Positions 1 through 11,908 of a DNA stretch of 64,000 nucleotides are shown in pieces; position 1 is the stretch's first letter; every line of letters begins with the position of its first letter. Location: the NCBI GenBank assembly GCA_902523615.1, contig CABYZW010000003.1, positions 14,336 to 78,335 of the forward strand, given 5' to 3'. Under the pieces are notes generated by a model. The model saw only the letters and a program-made list of their open reading frames with translations, did no database searches and had not been told where the DNA came from. A program made the position numbers and the translations under genes. Source of the DNA: an uncultured Pelagibacteraceae bacterium (lineage in GTDB: Bacteria > Pseudomonadota > Alphaproteobacteria > Pelagibacterales > Pelagibacteraceae).

Positions 1-19
1 TAAAAATTATCACAAATTT

Positions 20-403
20 ATGGCCCGTATTGCAGGTATTAATATCCCACAAAATAAATTAGTCCAAATTGGTCTAACTTATATTTATGGAATAGGTGAT
101 AAATTTTCGAAGCAAATTTGTTCCTCTTTGCAAATTCCAAAAGAAAAGCGTGTAAACCAACTCACAGATGAAGAAATTTTAAAAATCAGAGAATTTATAG
201 ATCAAAATTTTAAAGTTGAGGGTGATTTGAGAAGAGATTATTCATTAAGTATTAAAAGATTGATTGATCTTGCTTGTTACAGGGGTTCAAGACATAGAAA
301 AAAGTTACCAGTTAGAGGCCAAAGAACAAGGTGTAATGCTAGAACAAGAAAAGGTAAAGCGATCGCTATTGCGGGCAAAAAATTAACACCACTTAAGAAA
401 TAG
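20..403 (+). CDS. rpsM: 30S ribosomal protein S13
   Basis: [11 protein letters not shown]-terminus, [15 protein letters not shown] motif; rpsM-rpsK-rpoA-rplQ order. Confidence 0.99.
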   Translation: MARIAGINIPQNKLVQIGLTYIYGIGDKFSKQICSSLQIPKEKRVNQLTDEEILKIREFIDQNFKVEGDLRRDYSLSIKRLIDLACYRGSRHRKKLPVRGQRTRCNARTRKGKAIAIAGKKLTPLKK

Positions 404-405
404 AT

Positions 406-855
406 ATGCCAAAAGTTGATAAAGATGATAATAAAGAACAAAAGGTTGAAAAATCTTCAAAAAAAAATATCAAAAGTTCATATTCCAAAAAGAAAAAATC
501 CAAAAAGAATGTGTTGAACGGTATAGCTTATGTTCAGTCAACGTTTAATAATACTATAATTTCTATTGCAGATACAAATGGTAATGTAATTTCATGGGCT
601 TCAGCTGGTCAAAAAGGTTTTAAAGGCTCAAGGAAGTCAACACCATATGCTGCTCAAGTTGCTGCGGACTCAGCTGCAGCAAAAGCACTAGAGTATGGAA
701 TGAAAACTTTATCAGTCGAAGTAAAAGGTCCTGGTTCAGGAAGAGAAACAGCTTTACGAGCATTACAAGCTAGAGGTTTTAAAATTTTAACAATTAAAGA
801 TACAACACCAATGCCACATAATGGAACTAGACCACCAAAAAAAAGGAGAGTTTAA
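406..855 (+). CDS. rpsK: 30S ribosomal protein S11
   Basis: [41 protein letters not shown]; Lys-rich N-terminal extension. Confidence 0.99.
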   Translation: MPKVDKDDNKEQKVEKSSKKNIKSSYSKKKKSKKNVLNGIAYVQSTFNNTIISIADTNGNVISWASAGQKGFKGSRKSTPYAAQVAADSAAAKALEYGMKTLSVEVKGPGSGRETALRALQARGFKILTIKDTTPMPHNGTRPPKKRRV

Positions 856-1883
856 TGGAAACAGAAAATGTTAATGTAAAAAATTGGAAATCATTAATTA
901 AACCATCAAAACTAGATGTAAAAATTAGTGATGATTTTACTAAAGCAACAATTGTAGCTGAACCACTTGAAAAAGGTTATGGTTTAACTTTAGGAAATTC
1001 TCTAAGAAGAATATTACTTTCTTCGATCCGAGGTACTGCAGTAACTTCTATCCAAATAGATGGTGTTCTCCATGAATTTACTTCAATTAAAGGTGTTAGA
1101 GAAGATGTAACTGACATAGTTTTAAATGTAAAATCTCTGGCTTTAAAATGCTCTGCTGAGGGAACAAAAAAATTAGTTTTAGACGCGAAAGGACCAGGTG
1201 AAATAAAGGCTTCTGATATAAATCCAGTTACAGATGTTGAAATTTTAAACCCAGATTTAGTAATTTGTAATCTCGATGAAAAAACAAACTTTCATATGGA
1301 GATGAATGTAAATACTGGAAAAGGATATGTTCCTGCAGAACTAAATAAACCAGAAGAACCTCCTTTAGGATTGATTGCTATAGACTCTTTATACAGTCCC
1401 GTTAAAAAGGTTTCATACTCTGTAAGCACTGCGAGAGAAGGTAAGGCCCTAGACTATGATAAACTTACAATGGAAGTTGAAACAGATGGTTCAATTTCAG
1501 CAGAGGATGCAGTTGCTTATTCTGCAAGAATTTTCCAAGATCAACTTAAAATGTTTATTAATTTTGATGAGCCAGTAGAGGCACCTATTAAAGAAGTCTC
1601 AACAGAACCAGAATTTAATAAAAATTTGTTAAGAAAAGTTGATGAATTGGAATTATCTGTACGATCAATGAATTGTTTGAAAAATGATAACATAATTTAT
1701 ATTGGTGATCTTGTGCAGAAGTCTGAGGGTGAGATGCTTAGAACACCAAATTTTGGAAGAAAATCACTCAATGAAATTAAAGAGGTTTTAACAGGAATGT
1801 CTTTATATTTAGGTATGGAGATACCGAATTGGCCTCCAGACAACATTGCTGAAATGTCAAAAAAACTCGAGGAAGCAATCTAA
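855..1883 (+). CDS. rpoA: RNA polymerase alpha subunit
   Basis: [22 protein letters not shown]; alpha-[24 protein letters not shown]. Confidence 0.99.
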   Translation: METENVNVKNWKSLIKPSKLDVKISDDFTKATIVAEPLEKGYGLTLGNSLRRILLSSIRGTAVTSIQIDGVLHEFTSIKGVREDVTDIVLNVKSLALKCSAEGTKKLVLDAKGPGEIKASDINPVTDVEILNPDLVICNLDEKTNFHMEMNVNTGKGYVPAELNKPEEPPLGLIAIDSLYSPVKKVSYSVSTAREGKALDYDKLTMEVETDGSISAEDAVAYSARIFQDQLKMFINFDEPVEAPIKEVSTEPEFNKNLLRKVDELELSVRSMNCLKNDNIIYIGDLVQKSEGEMLRTPNFGRKSLNEIKEVLTGMSLYLGMEIPNWPPDNIAEMSKKLEEAI

Positions 1884-2333
1884 ATGAGACACGGATTTGT
1901 CAATAAGAAGCTTAATAGAACATCTGAGCATAGAAAAGCATTATTAAAAAACATGCTTAATTCTCTGATAAAATATGAACAAATCAAAACAACATTACCA
2001 AAGGCAAAGTTTTTAAAGCCTCAAGCTGACAAAATTATTACACTAGGTAAGAGAGATACTCTTCATAACACAAAAGCATTAGTTTCACAGTTACAAGATA
2101 TTAAATCTACAAATAAAGTTAAAAAAACATTATCAAAAAGGTACGAGAAAAGATCAGGCGGATATACAAGAATAATCAAAGCTGGTTTCAGATATGGTGA
2201 TAACGCACCAATGGCAATTATTGAGTTTGTAGATAGAGATGTTGAGGCAAAAAAAGTAGATAAAAAGAAAAAATCAACTTTAAAAGAGCCTGAAAAAAAA
2301 GAAGATAAAAAAACACCACCAACATCAAAATAA
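1884..2333 (+). CDS. rplQ: 50S ribosomal protein L17
   Basis: [35 protein letters not shown]. Confidence 0.99.
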   Translation: MRHGFVNKKLNRTSEHRKALLKNMLNSLIKYEQIKTTLPKAKFLKPQADKIITLGKRDTLHNTKALVSQLQDIKSTNKVKKTLSKRYEKRSGGYTRIIKAGFRYGDNAPMAIIEFVDRDVEAKKVDKKKKSTLKEPEKKEDKKTPPTSK

Positions 2334-2340
2334 TATTTTT

Positions 2341-3258
2341 ATGTTAAAAAGTTACATCGTTGACTCAACGTGTAATAACATGCGTGTTGATAGATGGATA
2401 CGGAATAAAGTAGGAAGAATTCCTCAAGGACTAATTGAAAAATCTTTGAGATCAGGCAAAATCAAAGTTAATAAAAGAAAAATAAAAAGTTCCTATAAGA
2501 TAAAATTTAATGACAAAATTGATTTTTATGACTTTAAATTTGAAGAGAGAATTTTAAGAAAAAAAATAAGTTTTAATCCTTCTAATCAAATAATTAAAGC
2601 AAATGAAGATCTAATAATAGATAATAATGAAAATTTTATCGTTTTAAATAAAAGTGCCGGTATTTCTGTCCAGGGTGGCACAAAATCAAAAAAAAATTTA
2701 ATTGATATATTCAAAAAAAGTCAAATTTTTTCAGACTCAAAACCTTTTTCTGTTCACAGATTAGACAAAGATACATCTGGTGTTTTTTTAATGGCTAAAA
2801 ATAGAGAAACAGCACAATTATTAACATCATTGTTTAGGTTGAGAAAAGTCCATAAAACTTATCTAGCTATATGTCATGGTGAGCTTGAAAAAAATTTAGG
2901 AGAATGGAATGATAATCTAGTACGTTATGATAATGGAAAAAAAATTGTCGAAAAAGCAAAAACAATTTACAAAGTTATTGATAAAAATTCAAATTCTAGT
3001 CTTGTTGAAATGAAACCTATTACTGGAAGAAAACATCAATTAAGAAAACAACTCTTCAATATTGGTCACTCAATTTATGGAGATAACAAATATAAATCTT
3101 TTACTAAAACGATTGGTATTAATAAAGAATTAATGCTGCATGCATATGAAATAAGATTTATGATTAAGGATAAAAAATTTACGTATAAAGCTTTACTTCC
3201 TGATTATTTCAAAAAATTGTTAAAAACAAAAAGACTTACTTATTTAAATTTGAAATAA
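2341..3258 (+). CDS. rluC: RluA/RluC-family pseudouridine synthase with S4 domain
   Basis: RVDRW S4-like start, [10 protein letters not shown] catalytic motif, [12 protein letters not shown]. Confidence 0.88.
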   Translation: MLKSYIVDSTCNNMRVDRWIRNKVGRIPQGLIEKSLRSGKIKVNKRKIKSSYKIKFNDKIDFYDFKFEERILRKKISFNPSNQIIKANEDLIIDNNENFIVLNKSAGISVQGGTKSKKNLIDIFKKSQIFSDSKPFSVHRLDKDTSGVFLMAKNRETAQLLTSLFRLRKVHKTYLAICHGELEKNLGEWNDNLVRYDNGKKIVEKAKTIYKVIDKNSNSSLVEMKPITGRKHQLRKQLFNIGHSIYGDNKYKSFTKTIGINKELMLHAYEIRFMIKDKKFTYKALLPDYFKKLLKTKRLTYLNLK

Positions 3259-3856
3259 GAATTTCTACTAATTTTTTTTCTAATTCTTTATAATTTTGAT
3301 CTTTTATTTGTTTTAGATTTGTTATTCCTTTGTCTTTAATGCCACATGGAATTATCGCTTTGTATTTATCTAAATTGTTATTAATATTAATTGAAAAACC
3401 ATGATAAGCTATCCATTTACTAATTCTTATTCCAATTGCAGCAACCTTTTTTATTTTTTTGTTATCTTTGTACCATATTCCAATATTTTCCCTATCTGAA
3501 AAAGTTTTTATATCAAAGAATTGTAACGTATCAATTATTGTCTTTTCTATAATTGAAATAAAATTTCTAATATCCTTTTTTCTTTTTTTTAGATCTATTA
3601 CAAAATAACAAATTAATTGACCTGGTCCATGATAAGTAATTTTACCACCTCTATTTGTCTCCAAAATCTTAATTGATTTATCTAAAACATCATTTTTATT
3701 ATAGCTTGTTCCCGCTGTATAAATATTTGGATGTTCTAAAGTCCAAATTAATTCATTTGATTTATTTAGATGTAGATTTAACAATCTTTCCTCCATAATT
3801 TTTTTAGCATCCTCATAAATTATAGGTTTTTCAGACTTTTTAATTTCTATACTCAT
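3236..3856 (-). CDS. lipB: lipoyl(octanoyl) transferase
   Basis: [38 protein letters not shown]. Confidence 0.97.
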   Translation of the reverse strand: MSIEIKKSEKPIIYEDAKKIMEERLLNLHLNKSNELIWTLEHPNIYTAGTSYNKNDVLDKSIKILETNRGGKITYHGPGQLICYFVIDLKKRKKDIRNFISIIEKTIIDTLQFFDIKTFSDRENIGIWYKDNKKIKKVAAIGIRISKWIAYHGFSININNNLDKYKAIIPCGIKDKGITNLKQIKDQNYKELEKKLVEILISNLNK

Positions 3857-3916
3857 TTAAAAATTGTAATCTTTTCATTATGTATTAAAAGATCGACCTT
3901 AATAATAGGAAAATTT

Positions 3917-5290
3917 ATGACTTTAATTAAAAAAATCAAAGATAAAAAAGTCAATTTTGAATTTAATAAAGAATACATAAAAGTAGTCACTGATAAAATT
4001 TCAAATAATGACGCAAATTTTATCACTAATTCTTTTAAAGAAATGCACCCTGCCGACGCAGCTGATATCATAGAGCACTTAGGTCAAAACGATAGGGAAA
4101 ATTTAATTAAACTTAACAATTTCAAAATAGATCCTGAGGTTTTTATTGAGCTAAATGAGTCAGTTCAAACTGAAATTACAAAATATCTTTCCTCAGATGC
4201 GATAGTAAGAATATTGAAAAACTTGGAGTCTGACGATGCTATAGCAATTCTTGAAAATGTAGATGAAAAAAATAAAAATTCTATTCTAAGCTTACTACCA
4301 CCTAAAGATCGTTTTGCTTTACTGGAAGGTCTTAGTTATCCTGAAGATAGTGCAGCTAGAATAATGCAGAGAGAATTTACTGCAATACCAAGTAACTGGT
4401 CTGTTGGTCAAACAATTGATTATTTAAGAGAAAATAAAGATTTACCAGAACAATTTTTAGAAATTTATATCGTAGATGAAAATTTTAAACCTATTGGTAC
4501 TGTACCATCATCAAAAGTTCTAAGAACACCAAGAGAAACAGAGATGTCATCAATAATGGATGATTCTATTTTTTTAGTGCCAGTAGACATGGATAGAGAA
4601 GAAGTTGGTAATTCATTTGAAAATTATAATTTAAATTCAGCGTGTGTAATTGATAAGAATAATAAATTAGTTGGAATGATTACCTCGGATGATGTTCTTA
4701 CAGTTTTAAAGGAAGAGGCAGAAGAAGATGCATTAAGATTAGCAGGTGTAGGAGATGAAGAAATTACAGATGGCGTAATAACAAAAACAAAAAGAAGATT
4801 TAATTGGTTGTTATTAAATCTTTTCACTGCATTTTTAGCTACATATTGTATTAGTTTATTTGGAGCAACGATTGAGCAAATGGTTGTTCTAGCTTTCTTG
4901 ATGCCAATAGTTGCATCAATGGGTGGTAATGCTGGAATGCAAACATTAGCTGTAACTGTTAGAACTCTTGCCACTAATGACTTAACAAAAAATAATTTTA
5001 ATCAAAATATTCTTAAAGAATTTAATATTGGTATTTTAAATGGGATTATTTTTGCAATTATAAGCTCTGTCATTGTCCAGTTATGGTTTCAGGATATTCA
5101 GCTCTCTTTAATAATTTCTATTTCAATGGTTTTGACAATGATCGTTGCAGGTTTGTTTGGGATATTAGTACCAGTCACACTAAAAAAAATGAATATAGAC
5201 CCAGCGATAGCATCAAGTGTTTTTGTTACAACTATAACTGATGTGATCGGTTTCGTCTCTTTTTTAGGTGTGGGAGCTTACTTTTTGTAA
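3917..5290 (+). CDS. mgtE: magnesium transporter MgtE
   Basis: HPADAAD N-domain, CBS pair, GGNAGMQT and DPAIAS..TTITD membrane motifs. Confidence 0.97.
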   Translation: MTLIKKIKDKKVNFEFNKEYIKVVTDKISNNDANFITNSFKEMHPADAADIIEHLGQNDRENLIKLNNFKIDPEVFIELNESVQTEITKYLSSDAIVRILKNLESDDAIAILENVDEKNKNSILSLLPPKDRFALLEGLSYPEDSAARIMQREFTAIPSNWSVGQTIDYLRENKDLPEQFLEIYIVDENFKPIGTVPSSKVLRTPRETEMSSIMDDSIFLVPVDMDREEVGNSFENYNLNSACVIDKNNKLVGMITSDDVLTVLKEEAEEDALRLAGVGDEEITDGVITKTKRRFNWLLLNLFTAFLATYCISLFGATIEQMVVLAFLMPIVASMGGNAGMQTLAVTVRTLATNDLTKNNFNQNILKEFNIGILNGIIFAIISSVIVQLWFQDIQLSLIISISMVLTMIVAGLFGILVPVTLKKMNIDPAIASSVFVTTITDVIGFVSFLGVGAYFL

Positions 5291-5293
5291 ATA

Positions 5294-6106
5294 TTAAAGG
5301 TTATCTATTAGCCTTACCTTATTAATATAATAAGCAATAAAAATTTTAGAATTTTTGATTTTATAAGTTGATTTAAGATTTTTTGTATTTCTCAATTCAA
5401 GATAATCTATCTTAATATTATATTTTTTTTTGAGCTCTTTTTTTTTCATAAAAATTAAATCTTTTAAATTTTTTTTATCTCGTAATTTTTTTTTAAAAAT
5501 AATAAGATTTTTTGCAATTTTTCCAGCTTTGCTTAAATCGTCTTTTTTTAAAAGAATATTCCTAGATGATAAAGCTAATTTATTTTTATCTCTTACTGTT
5601 TTGCAAAAAATAATTTTAGATTTGAAATTATTTTCAACATATCTTTTTACTAATAATAATTGTTGAAAATCTTTTTCACCCATGAATATTTTAGATGGAT
5701 TTACTATTTTTGTTAAACGAGTCATTACCTCAATCACCCCTTCAAAATGACCTTTTCTGTACTTTGCGCAAAGTATTTTATCTTGCTTGTTTAGTTTAAT
5801 TTTTATTTTGTTTTTAGTTTTATAGATATCTTTAATTTTAGGTAAATAAACAAAATCTACTTTTAGCTTTTTTAAAATTTTTAGATCTTTTTTTGTATTT
5901 CTAGGATATTTCTTGTAGTCTTCTTTATTATTAAATTGTTTAGGATTTATGAATATACTTACAATGGTTTTATCTGATAGTTTAAGAGATTTTTTGATTA
6001 ATGAGATATGACCATCATGAAGGCTGCCCATAGTCGGCACAAATCCAATATTTGAGTTGTCAAATAATGCCTCATTTAAATCAATATTGTTTAATAAAAT
6101 TTTCAT
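5294..6106 (-). CDS. panC: pantoate--beta-alanine ligase
   Basis: GFVPTMGSLHDGH, GEKDFQQ, SSRN, RLIDN; start moved to MKILL (6106), ORF track extends to 6136. Confidence 0.95.
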   Translation of the reverse strand: MKILLNNIDLNEALFDNSNIGFVPTMGSLHDGHISLIKKSLKLSDKTIVSIFINPKQFNNKEDYKKYPRNTKKDLKILKKLKVDFVYLPKIKDIYKTKNKIKIKLNKQDKILCAKYRKGHFEGVIEVMTRLTKIVNPSKIFMGEKDFQQLLLVKRYVENNFKSKIIFCKTVRDKNKLALSSRNILLKKDDLSKAGKIAKNLIIFKKKLRDKKNLKDLIFMKKKELKKKYNIKIDYLELRNTKNLKSTYKIKNSKIFIAYYINKVRLIDNL

Positions 6107-6140
6107 TTGTATAAACCATTTTAATAAGTAAAACATTTAA

Positions 6141-6956
6141 ATGATTAAACAAGCAATTATTCCGTTAGCTGGTCTAGGCACAAGGTTATTGCCTTTAACG
6201 AGTATATTTGCCAAAGAACTTCTTCCTATTAATGGAAAACCAGGAATTGAGTATATCTTAGATGAATGTGCAGATGCTGGTATTAAAAAGATAGTTTTTA
6301 TAATTTCAAAAAAAAAACAAATGATAAAAGATTATTTTTACAAGGATAGCTTTTATAAAAAAATAATAAAAAAAAAAAAAGATCCTAGGGTTATTAAAGA
6401 ATATAAAAAAATTTTAAAATATAAAAAGATGATTAAATTTGTTTACCAAAACAAACCTCTAGGGACAGGTGATGCAGTATTAAAAACAAAAAAATTTATC
6501 ACAGATGATTTTTTTCTGATGTTATTACCAGATGATCTTATAATTAAGAAAAATTGCTCTAAATCGATGATTAGTATACATAATCGCTATAAATCATGTG
6601 TAATGGCAAGTATTAATGTTCCAAAAAAAACTGTCTCAAGATGGGGAATTTATAAATTAGGAAAAAAATTAAATAAGAATAATTACGTTATCAAAGATGT
6701 TGTTGAAAAACCTTCAATCTCAACAGCACCTTCAAATAAAGCTGTAATAGGACGATATATTCTTCCAAAAAAGATATTTTTTAAATTATTAAAACAAAAA
6801 CCGGGTAAAGGTGGAGAAATTCATATCACTGACGCAATACAATCATTAATACAAAACAATGAAAAATTTATTGCTCATAATTTTACTGGGAAATATTTGG
6901 ATTGTGGAAGTATGAATGGCTATATCAAATCAACATTAGAAATAATAAAATCATGA
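6141..6956 (+). CDS. galU: UTP--glucose-1-phosphate uridylyltransferase
   Basis: AIIPLAGLGTRLLP..KELLP, VVEKP, GGEIHITDA; adjacent to ugd. Confidence 0.9.
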   Translation: MIKQAIIPLAGLGTRLLPLTSIFAKELLPINGKPGIEYILDECADAGIKKIVFIISKKKQMIKDYFYKDSFYKKIIKKKKDPRVIKEYKKILKYKKMIKFVYQNKPLGTGDAVLKTKKFITDDFFLMLLPDDLIIKKNCSKSMISIHNRYKSCVMASINVPKKTVSRWGIYKLGKKLNKNNYVIKDVVEKPSISTAPSNKAVIGRYILPKKIFFKLLKQKPGKGGEIHITDAIQSLIQNNEKFIAHNFTGKYLDCGSMNGYIKSTLEIIKS

Positions 6957-8254
6957 AACTTTGTATGATAGGAACAGGTTATGTAGGTTTAGTTAGCGGT
7001 GCATGCTTTGCTGATCTAGGCAATAATGTGATTTGTGTTGATAAAGACTTAAAGAAAATAGATTTACTTTCCAGTGGAAAAATTCCTATTTATGAACCTG
7101 GGCTTGCTGAATTAGTGAATAAAAATTATAAAAATAAAAGATTAAAATTTTCATCAGATTTAAGAAAATCAATAAAAGAATCTGATATAATTTTTATATG
7201 TGTTGGAACACCAACTAAAAAAGGAGGTAGCAGTGCAGATCTAAGCCAAATTTTTAGAGTAGCAAAACAGATAAGTTTATCAATTAATAAGTTTAAAATT
7301 ATAGTAACTAAGTCAACAGTTCCCGTAACAACAGGTGATGAAATTGAAAAAATTATATTAAAACAAAAGAGTAATAAGAATAAATTTTCTGTTGTATCAA
7401 ATCCAGAATTTTTAAGAGAAGGTGAAGCTATTCGAGATTTTATTTTTCCTGATAGGATAGTTGTTGGATCTAATGATAAAAAGTCTAACCGTTTAATGAA
7501 TAATTTATATGCACCTTTAATTTCTAAAGGAGCTCAATATACTCATACATCAAGAAGGGCTGCAGAATTAATCAAATATTCATCCAATGCCTTTTTGGCC
7601 ACTAAAATTACATTCATTAATGAAATCGCAAATTTATGTGAAAAAACAGGAATAAATGTCGAGGATATTTCAATAGGGATGGGTTTAGATAAAAGGATAG
7701 GGAGTCGTTTTTTAAGAGCAGGGCCTGGTTATGGTGGATCATGCTTTCCAAAAGATACTAAAGCTATAATTTCTACTGCTGATAAGTTTAAAATAAATCT
7801 TTCTGTAATAAAATCAGTAATAAAATCAAATGAAAACAGATCTGATTTTTTACTCAATAAAGTCTATAAAATTTTGAATAATAAAATAAAAAATAAAAAA
7901 ATAACTTTCTTAGGTGTCACATTTAAGGCTAATACAGACGATATGAGAGACTCCTCTAGTTTAAAAATGATACCTGTATTATCAAAGAAGGGTGCTAAAA
8001 TAAATTATTTTGATCCAACAGGTCTTAAAAAAGAGTTCTCAAAGTTAAAAAATGTTTTTTATATTGATAATATCAAGGAGTCTGTACAGGGCTCAGATCT
8101 TGTAATTATTCATACAGAATGGAATGATTTTAAATCAATCAATTTTAAAAATTTAGTAAGGGGTAAAAAATTTATTATTTATGATATGAGAAATATATAC
8201 TCTCCAATGAAAATTAAAAATCAAGGTTTCAAATATTATAGTATTGGGAGATAA
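6953..8254 (+). CDS. ugd: UDP-glucose 6-dehydrogenase
   Basis: GTGYVG Rossmann motif, NPEFLREG, GYGGSCFPKD; ATG at 6953 overlaps the galU stop (ATGA). Confidence 0.95.
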   Translation: MKLCMIGTGYVGLVSGACFADLGNNVICVDKDLKKIDLLSSGKIPIYEPGLAELVNKNYKNKRLKFSSDLRKSIKESDIIFICVGTPTKKGGSSADLSQIFRVAKQISLSINKFKIIVTKSTVPVTTGDEIEKIILKQKSNKNKFSVVSNPEFLREGEAIRDFIFPDRIVVGSNDKKSNRLMNNLYAPLISKGAQYTHTSRRAAELIKYSSNAFLATKITFINEIANLCEKTGINVEDISIGMGLDKRIGSRFLRAGPGYGGSCFPKDTKAIISTADKFKINLSVIKSVIKSNENRSDFLLNKVYKILNNKIKNKKITFLGVTFKANTDDMRDSSSLKMIPVLSKKGAKINYFDPTGLKKEFSKLKNVFYIDNIKESVQGSDLVIIHTEWNDFKSINFKNLVRGKKFIIYDMRNIYSPMKIKNQGFKYYSIGR

Positions 8255-8257
8255 ATT

Positions 8258-8719
8258 TTAATTAAGTTCAAATATAGCATCAACTTCTACAGCAACACCT
8301 AAGGGAAGGCTATTAACACTTACAGCTGCTCTTGTGTGTATTCCCGCATCTCCAAAAACAGAAGCAATTAAATCAGATGCACCATTTATTACTTTAGGTT
8401 GATCCTGAAAATTATCAGTAGAATTAACAAAACCTGTTAGTTTAATACAAGATTTAATCTTTGTAAGATCATTATCACATGCCTTCATTATTTGAGAAAT
8501 AATACTTAAAGCACATCTTTTTGCGGCATTATATCCAGTGTCGACATTTAAATCTTTTCCAACTTTCCCTTTAATTAATTCACCTTTTTCATTAATTGAA
8601 ATTTGTCCTGACACAAATAACATTTTACCTGTTATTTTAGTTGCAACATAATTTCCAACCGGAGCTTTAGCATCAGGAAGTTTTAACCCAAGTTTTTCTA
8701 AATTTTTTTGATAATTCAT
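8258..8719 (-). CDS. RidA/YjgF-family protein
   Basis: LFVSGQI, VINGASDL, HTRAAV..LPLGVAVEVD. Confidence 0.9.
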   Translation of the reverse strand: MNYQKNLEKLGLKLPDAKAPVGNYVATKITGKMLFVSGQISINEKGELIKGKVGKDLNVDTGYNAAKRCALSIISQIMKACDNDLTKIKSCIKLTGFVNSTDNFQDQPKVINGASDLIASVFGDAGIHTRAAVSVNSLPLGVAVEVDAIFELN

Positions 8720-11292
8720 TTCTTCTTATTCTTTTTGGTTTTATCGTATTCTTTTCTTTTCTCAATCAATATTAATGCTTCTTCCATTGTGAGTTCTGTT
8801 GGATCCTTTTCCTCAGGTATTGTCGCGTTTAGAGATTTATACTTGATATATGGACCGTATTGACCCTTCATAATTCTAACTGGTTTTTTATCCTCAGGGT
8901 GTTGACCTAAATCTTTAATCATTGATGAAGACATTCTTCCTGGTTTAGCTTCAGCAATTAATGTTATGGCTCTATTTAAACCAATAGAGAAAATTTCCTC
9001 AATATTTTCTATTCGAGCCGATTTATTTTCACACCTTAAGTAAGGACCAAATCTTCCGGTATTTAAAGTAATTTCTTTTTGATTATCGGGATTTATTCCT
9101 AAAGATTTTGGTAGTGAGCATAAAAATTGTGCTTTTTCTAGATCAATATTTTCCAACGCCAAACCTTTTGGAATAGATACATTTTTTAAAAGTTCATTTA
9201 CATCTGATTTAAGTTTTTTTATTTTTCTTTTTTTCTTTGGTGATTTTTCGATTTCTATATCCTCAGGAATTTTTTCATATTGAAGATAAGGACCGAATCT
9301 ACCGTTTTTGAGATAAATATCATTACCATTTTCGTGTTTTCCAATAAATTTTGGTTCAGCTAACTGAGCTTGGGCTGCTGCTTTAGCTTTAGATAAAGGT
9401 CTTGTAAATTTACATTCAGGGTAATTTGAACAACCAATAAATGCACCGCCCCTAAAGCTATTTTTTAAGCTAAGTGTTCCTGAATTACATAATTGACACT
9501 TTCTTACAATATTTCCTTTATCATCCTTATCGAAAACCAAATCTCCTAAACTATCATTTAAAAGATCTAAGACCTCTCTTGTTCTTTTTTCCTTTACTTC
9601 AGTCACATTGTTATTGAAGTCTCTCCAGAACAGCTCCAAAACTTTTATCCAGCTTTCTTTACCAGTTGTAATCTCGTCTAATTGATCCTCTAAACCAGCA
9701 GTAAAGTTATAATCCACATATTTTGAGAACAATTTTTCAAGAAAAGCTGAAATAAGTTTTCCTCTATCTGTAGGAAAAAATCTTTTATTCAATATCTCTG
9801 CGTAACCTCTATTTGCTATTGTAGAAATTATACTTGCGTAAGTAGATGGTCTTCCTATTCCTAATTCCTCTAGTTTTTTTACTAAGCTAGCCTCAGAATA
9901 TCTTGGAGGGGGTTGTGTAAAATGCTGTTCATCTATTAAGGACTCAATATTTACAAGTCCTTTAGACACTGAGGGTAGCATGTTTTCATCATCATCTTTA
10001 CCTTGATTATTATATATCTTTAAAAACCCATCAAATTTGAGAACTGATCCACTTGCTTTACATATTGTATCATTATTATTTGATGTAATTGTTATAGTAT
10101 TTCTATCAAATTTAGCAGATTGCATTTGAGAAGATAAAGCTCTACTCCATATTAAATCATAAAGTTTATTTTGATCTGTGCTTAAATACTTTTTTACACT
10201 TTGGGGAGTTCTGATTACATCCGTAGGTCTTATTGCTTCATGTGCCTCTTGTGCATTTTTCGCTTTTTTACCAGAATAGTTTAAAGCATTTTCAGGTAAA
10301 TATTCATTACCAATTTTTTTTTTGATGTAATCTCTAAAAGCCTCAACAGCATCTTTTGATAAGTTAGTACCATCTGTTCTCATATATGTTATCAAACCTA
10401 TAGTTTCTCCTTCGATTTCGATTCCTTGATAAAGTTTTTGAGCAATTTGCATAGTTCTTGATGCTCCAAAACCTAATCGACTAGAAGCTACTTGTTGAAG
10501 AGTTGATGTAGTAAATGGTCCTGATGGATTACGATTTACCACTTTACTTGATATATCAGAAATACTAAATTTTTTTTGATTGATACTGGATATGGCCTTA
10601 TTTATTTCATCTTTATTTCTAAAAGAGAATTTTTCAATTTTGATGTTATCTAATTGATTAATACTTGCGAAGATATTTTGATTTTTTTCATCTTTAAATT
10701 TTACACTTAAAGTCCAAAATTCTTCAGGTTTAAAGGACTCAATTTCGTGTTCTCTTTCAGTTATCAATTTTAAGGCTACTGACTGAACTCTTCCTGCAGA
10801 TTTAGAGCCCGGAAGTTTTGTCCATAATATTGGTGAAATATTAAAGCCAACCAAGTAATCTAAGGCTCTTCGAGCCATGTAAGCATCAACTAAAAGTGGT
10901 TCAATTTGTCTTGGATTTTCAATACCATGAATTACTGCTTTTTTTGTAATTTCGTTAAAAACAACTCTTTCTATTTCTTTATCTTTTAGAAGTTTTTTTT
11001 CATTTAGATACTCTTTTACATGCCAAGCTATTGCTTCTCCTTCTCGATCAGGATCGGTTGCTAATATAATTTTTGAAGAATCTTTAGCTGCGTCAGTAAT
11101 TTCTTTTAGATATTTTTTAGAAAAACTATCAATTTCCCATTCCATCTTAAAATCTTGATCTGGATTAACAGAACCATTCTTAGAAGGTAAATCTCTTATA
11201 TGCCCATAACTAGCTAATACTTTATAATTATCACCTAAATATCTATTGATGGTTTTGGCTTTAGCTGGACTTTCTACAATAACCAGGTTCAT
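8716..11292 (-). CDS. topA: DNA topoisomerase I
   Basis: LVIVESPAKAKTI TOPRIM, ATDPDREGE, ITYMRTD catalytic Tyr, one zinc ribbon, GRFGPY C-terminal repeats; first ATG at 11292. Confidence 0.98.
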   Translation of the reverse strand: MNLVIVESPAKAKTINRYLGDNYKVLASYGHIRDLPSKNGSVNPDQDFKMEWEIDSFSKKYLKEITDAAKDSSKIILATDPDREGEAIAWHVKEYLNEKKLLKDKEIERVVFNEITKKAVIHGIENPRQIEPLLVDAYMARRALDYLVGFNISPILWTKLPGSKSAGRVQSVALKLITEREHEIESFKPEEFWTLSVKFKDEKNQNIFASINQLDNIKIEKFSFRNKDEINKAISSINQKKFSISDISSKVVNRNPSGPFTTSTLQQVASSRLGFGASRTMQIAQKLYQGIEIEGETIGLITYMRTDGTNLSKDAVEAFRDYIKKKIGNEYLPENALNYSGKKAKNAQEAHEAIRPTDVIRTPQSVKKYLSTDQNKLYDLIWSRALSSQMQSAKFDRNTITITSNNNDTICKASGSVLKFDGFLKIYNNQGKDDDENMLPSVSKGLVNIESLIDEQHFTQPPPRYSEASLVKKLEELGIGRPSTYASIISTIANRGYAEILNKRFFPTDRGKLISAFLEKLFSKYVDYNFTAGLEDQLDEITTGKESWIKVLELFWRDFNNNVTEVKEKRTREVLDLLNDSLGDLVFDKDDKGNIVRKCQLCNSGTLSLKNSFRGGAFIGCSNYPECKFTRPLSKAKAAAQAQLAEPKFIGKHENGNDIYLKNGRFGPYLQYEKIPEDIEIEKSPKKKRKIKKLKSDVNELLKNVSIPKGLALENIDLEKAQFLCSLPKSLGINPDNQKEITLNTGRFGPYLRCENKSARIENIEEIFSIGLNRAITLIAEAKPGRMSSSMIKDLGQHPEDKKPVRIMKGQYGPYIKYKSLNATIPEEKDPTELTMEEALILIEKRKEYDKTKKNKKK

Positions 11293-11328
11293 AAATGACA
11301 AACTACCTAAAAGAGTTAGATAGTCAAA

Positions 11329-11907
11329 TTAATAAATTTTTGTCTTGGTTTCCTCTTTATTTTTCAATCTTTTAATATTTTCTCGATGAGTAAAAAATAT
11401 TAATACAAACATGATAATAAAAAAAAATATACCTTTAAATTGACCCGTAACCAGTAAATAAACAGGAACTGATATAGTAGCAATCAATGATGATAAAGAC
11501 GAAAATTTTGTAATAGCAAAAATTATAAACCAAGATAAAATAAAAATAATTCCAAAATAAATATTTATAGCAAATAGAATACCAACGTATGTTGCAACAC
11601 CTTTCCCTCCTTTAAATTTGAGCCATACAGGAAATACATGACCCATAAATGCAAATAATGATGCCAAATATAAAAAATCTGCGTAATAAATTTTAACAAA
11701 TATTACAGGGATAACAGCTTTTAAAATATCAAGAGACAATGTGATGTAACCCACTGCCTTGTTACCAGTTCTAAGTACATTTGTAGCTCCAATATTTCCA
11801 GACCCAATATCTCTTATATCTTTTTTCAAAAAAATTTTTGTTAGTATCAATCCAAATGGAATTGAACCCATCAAATATGAAATTATACCTATGATTAAAA
11901 CATCCAT
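11329..11907 (-). CDS. plsY: glycerol-3-phosphate acyltransferase PlsY
   Basis: GSIPFG, GSGNIGATNVLR, GHVFPVW..FKGGKGVAT, HRENIKRL. Confidence 0.97.
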   Translation of the reverse strand: MDVLIIGIISYLMGSIPFGLILTKIFLKKDIRDIGSGNIGATNVLRTGNKAVGYITLSLDILKAVIPVIFVKIYYADFLYLASLFAFMGHVFPVWLKFKGGKGVATYVGILFAINIYFGIIFILSWFIIFAITKFSSLSSLIATISVPVYLLVTGQFKGIFFFIIMFVLIFFTHRENIKRLKNKEETKTKIY

Positions 11908-11908
11908 G

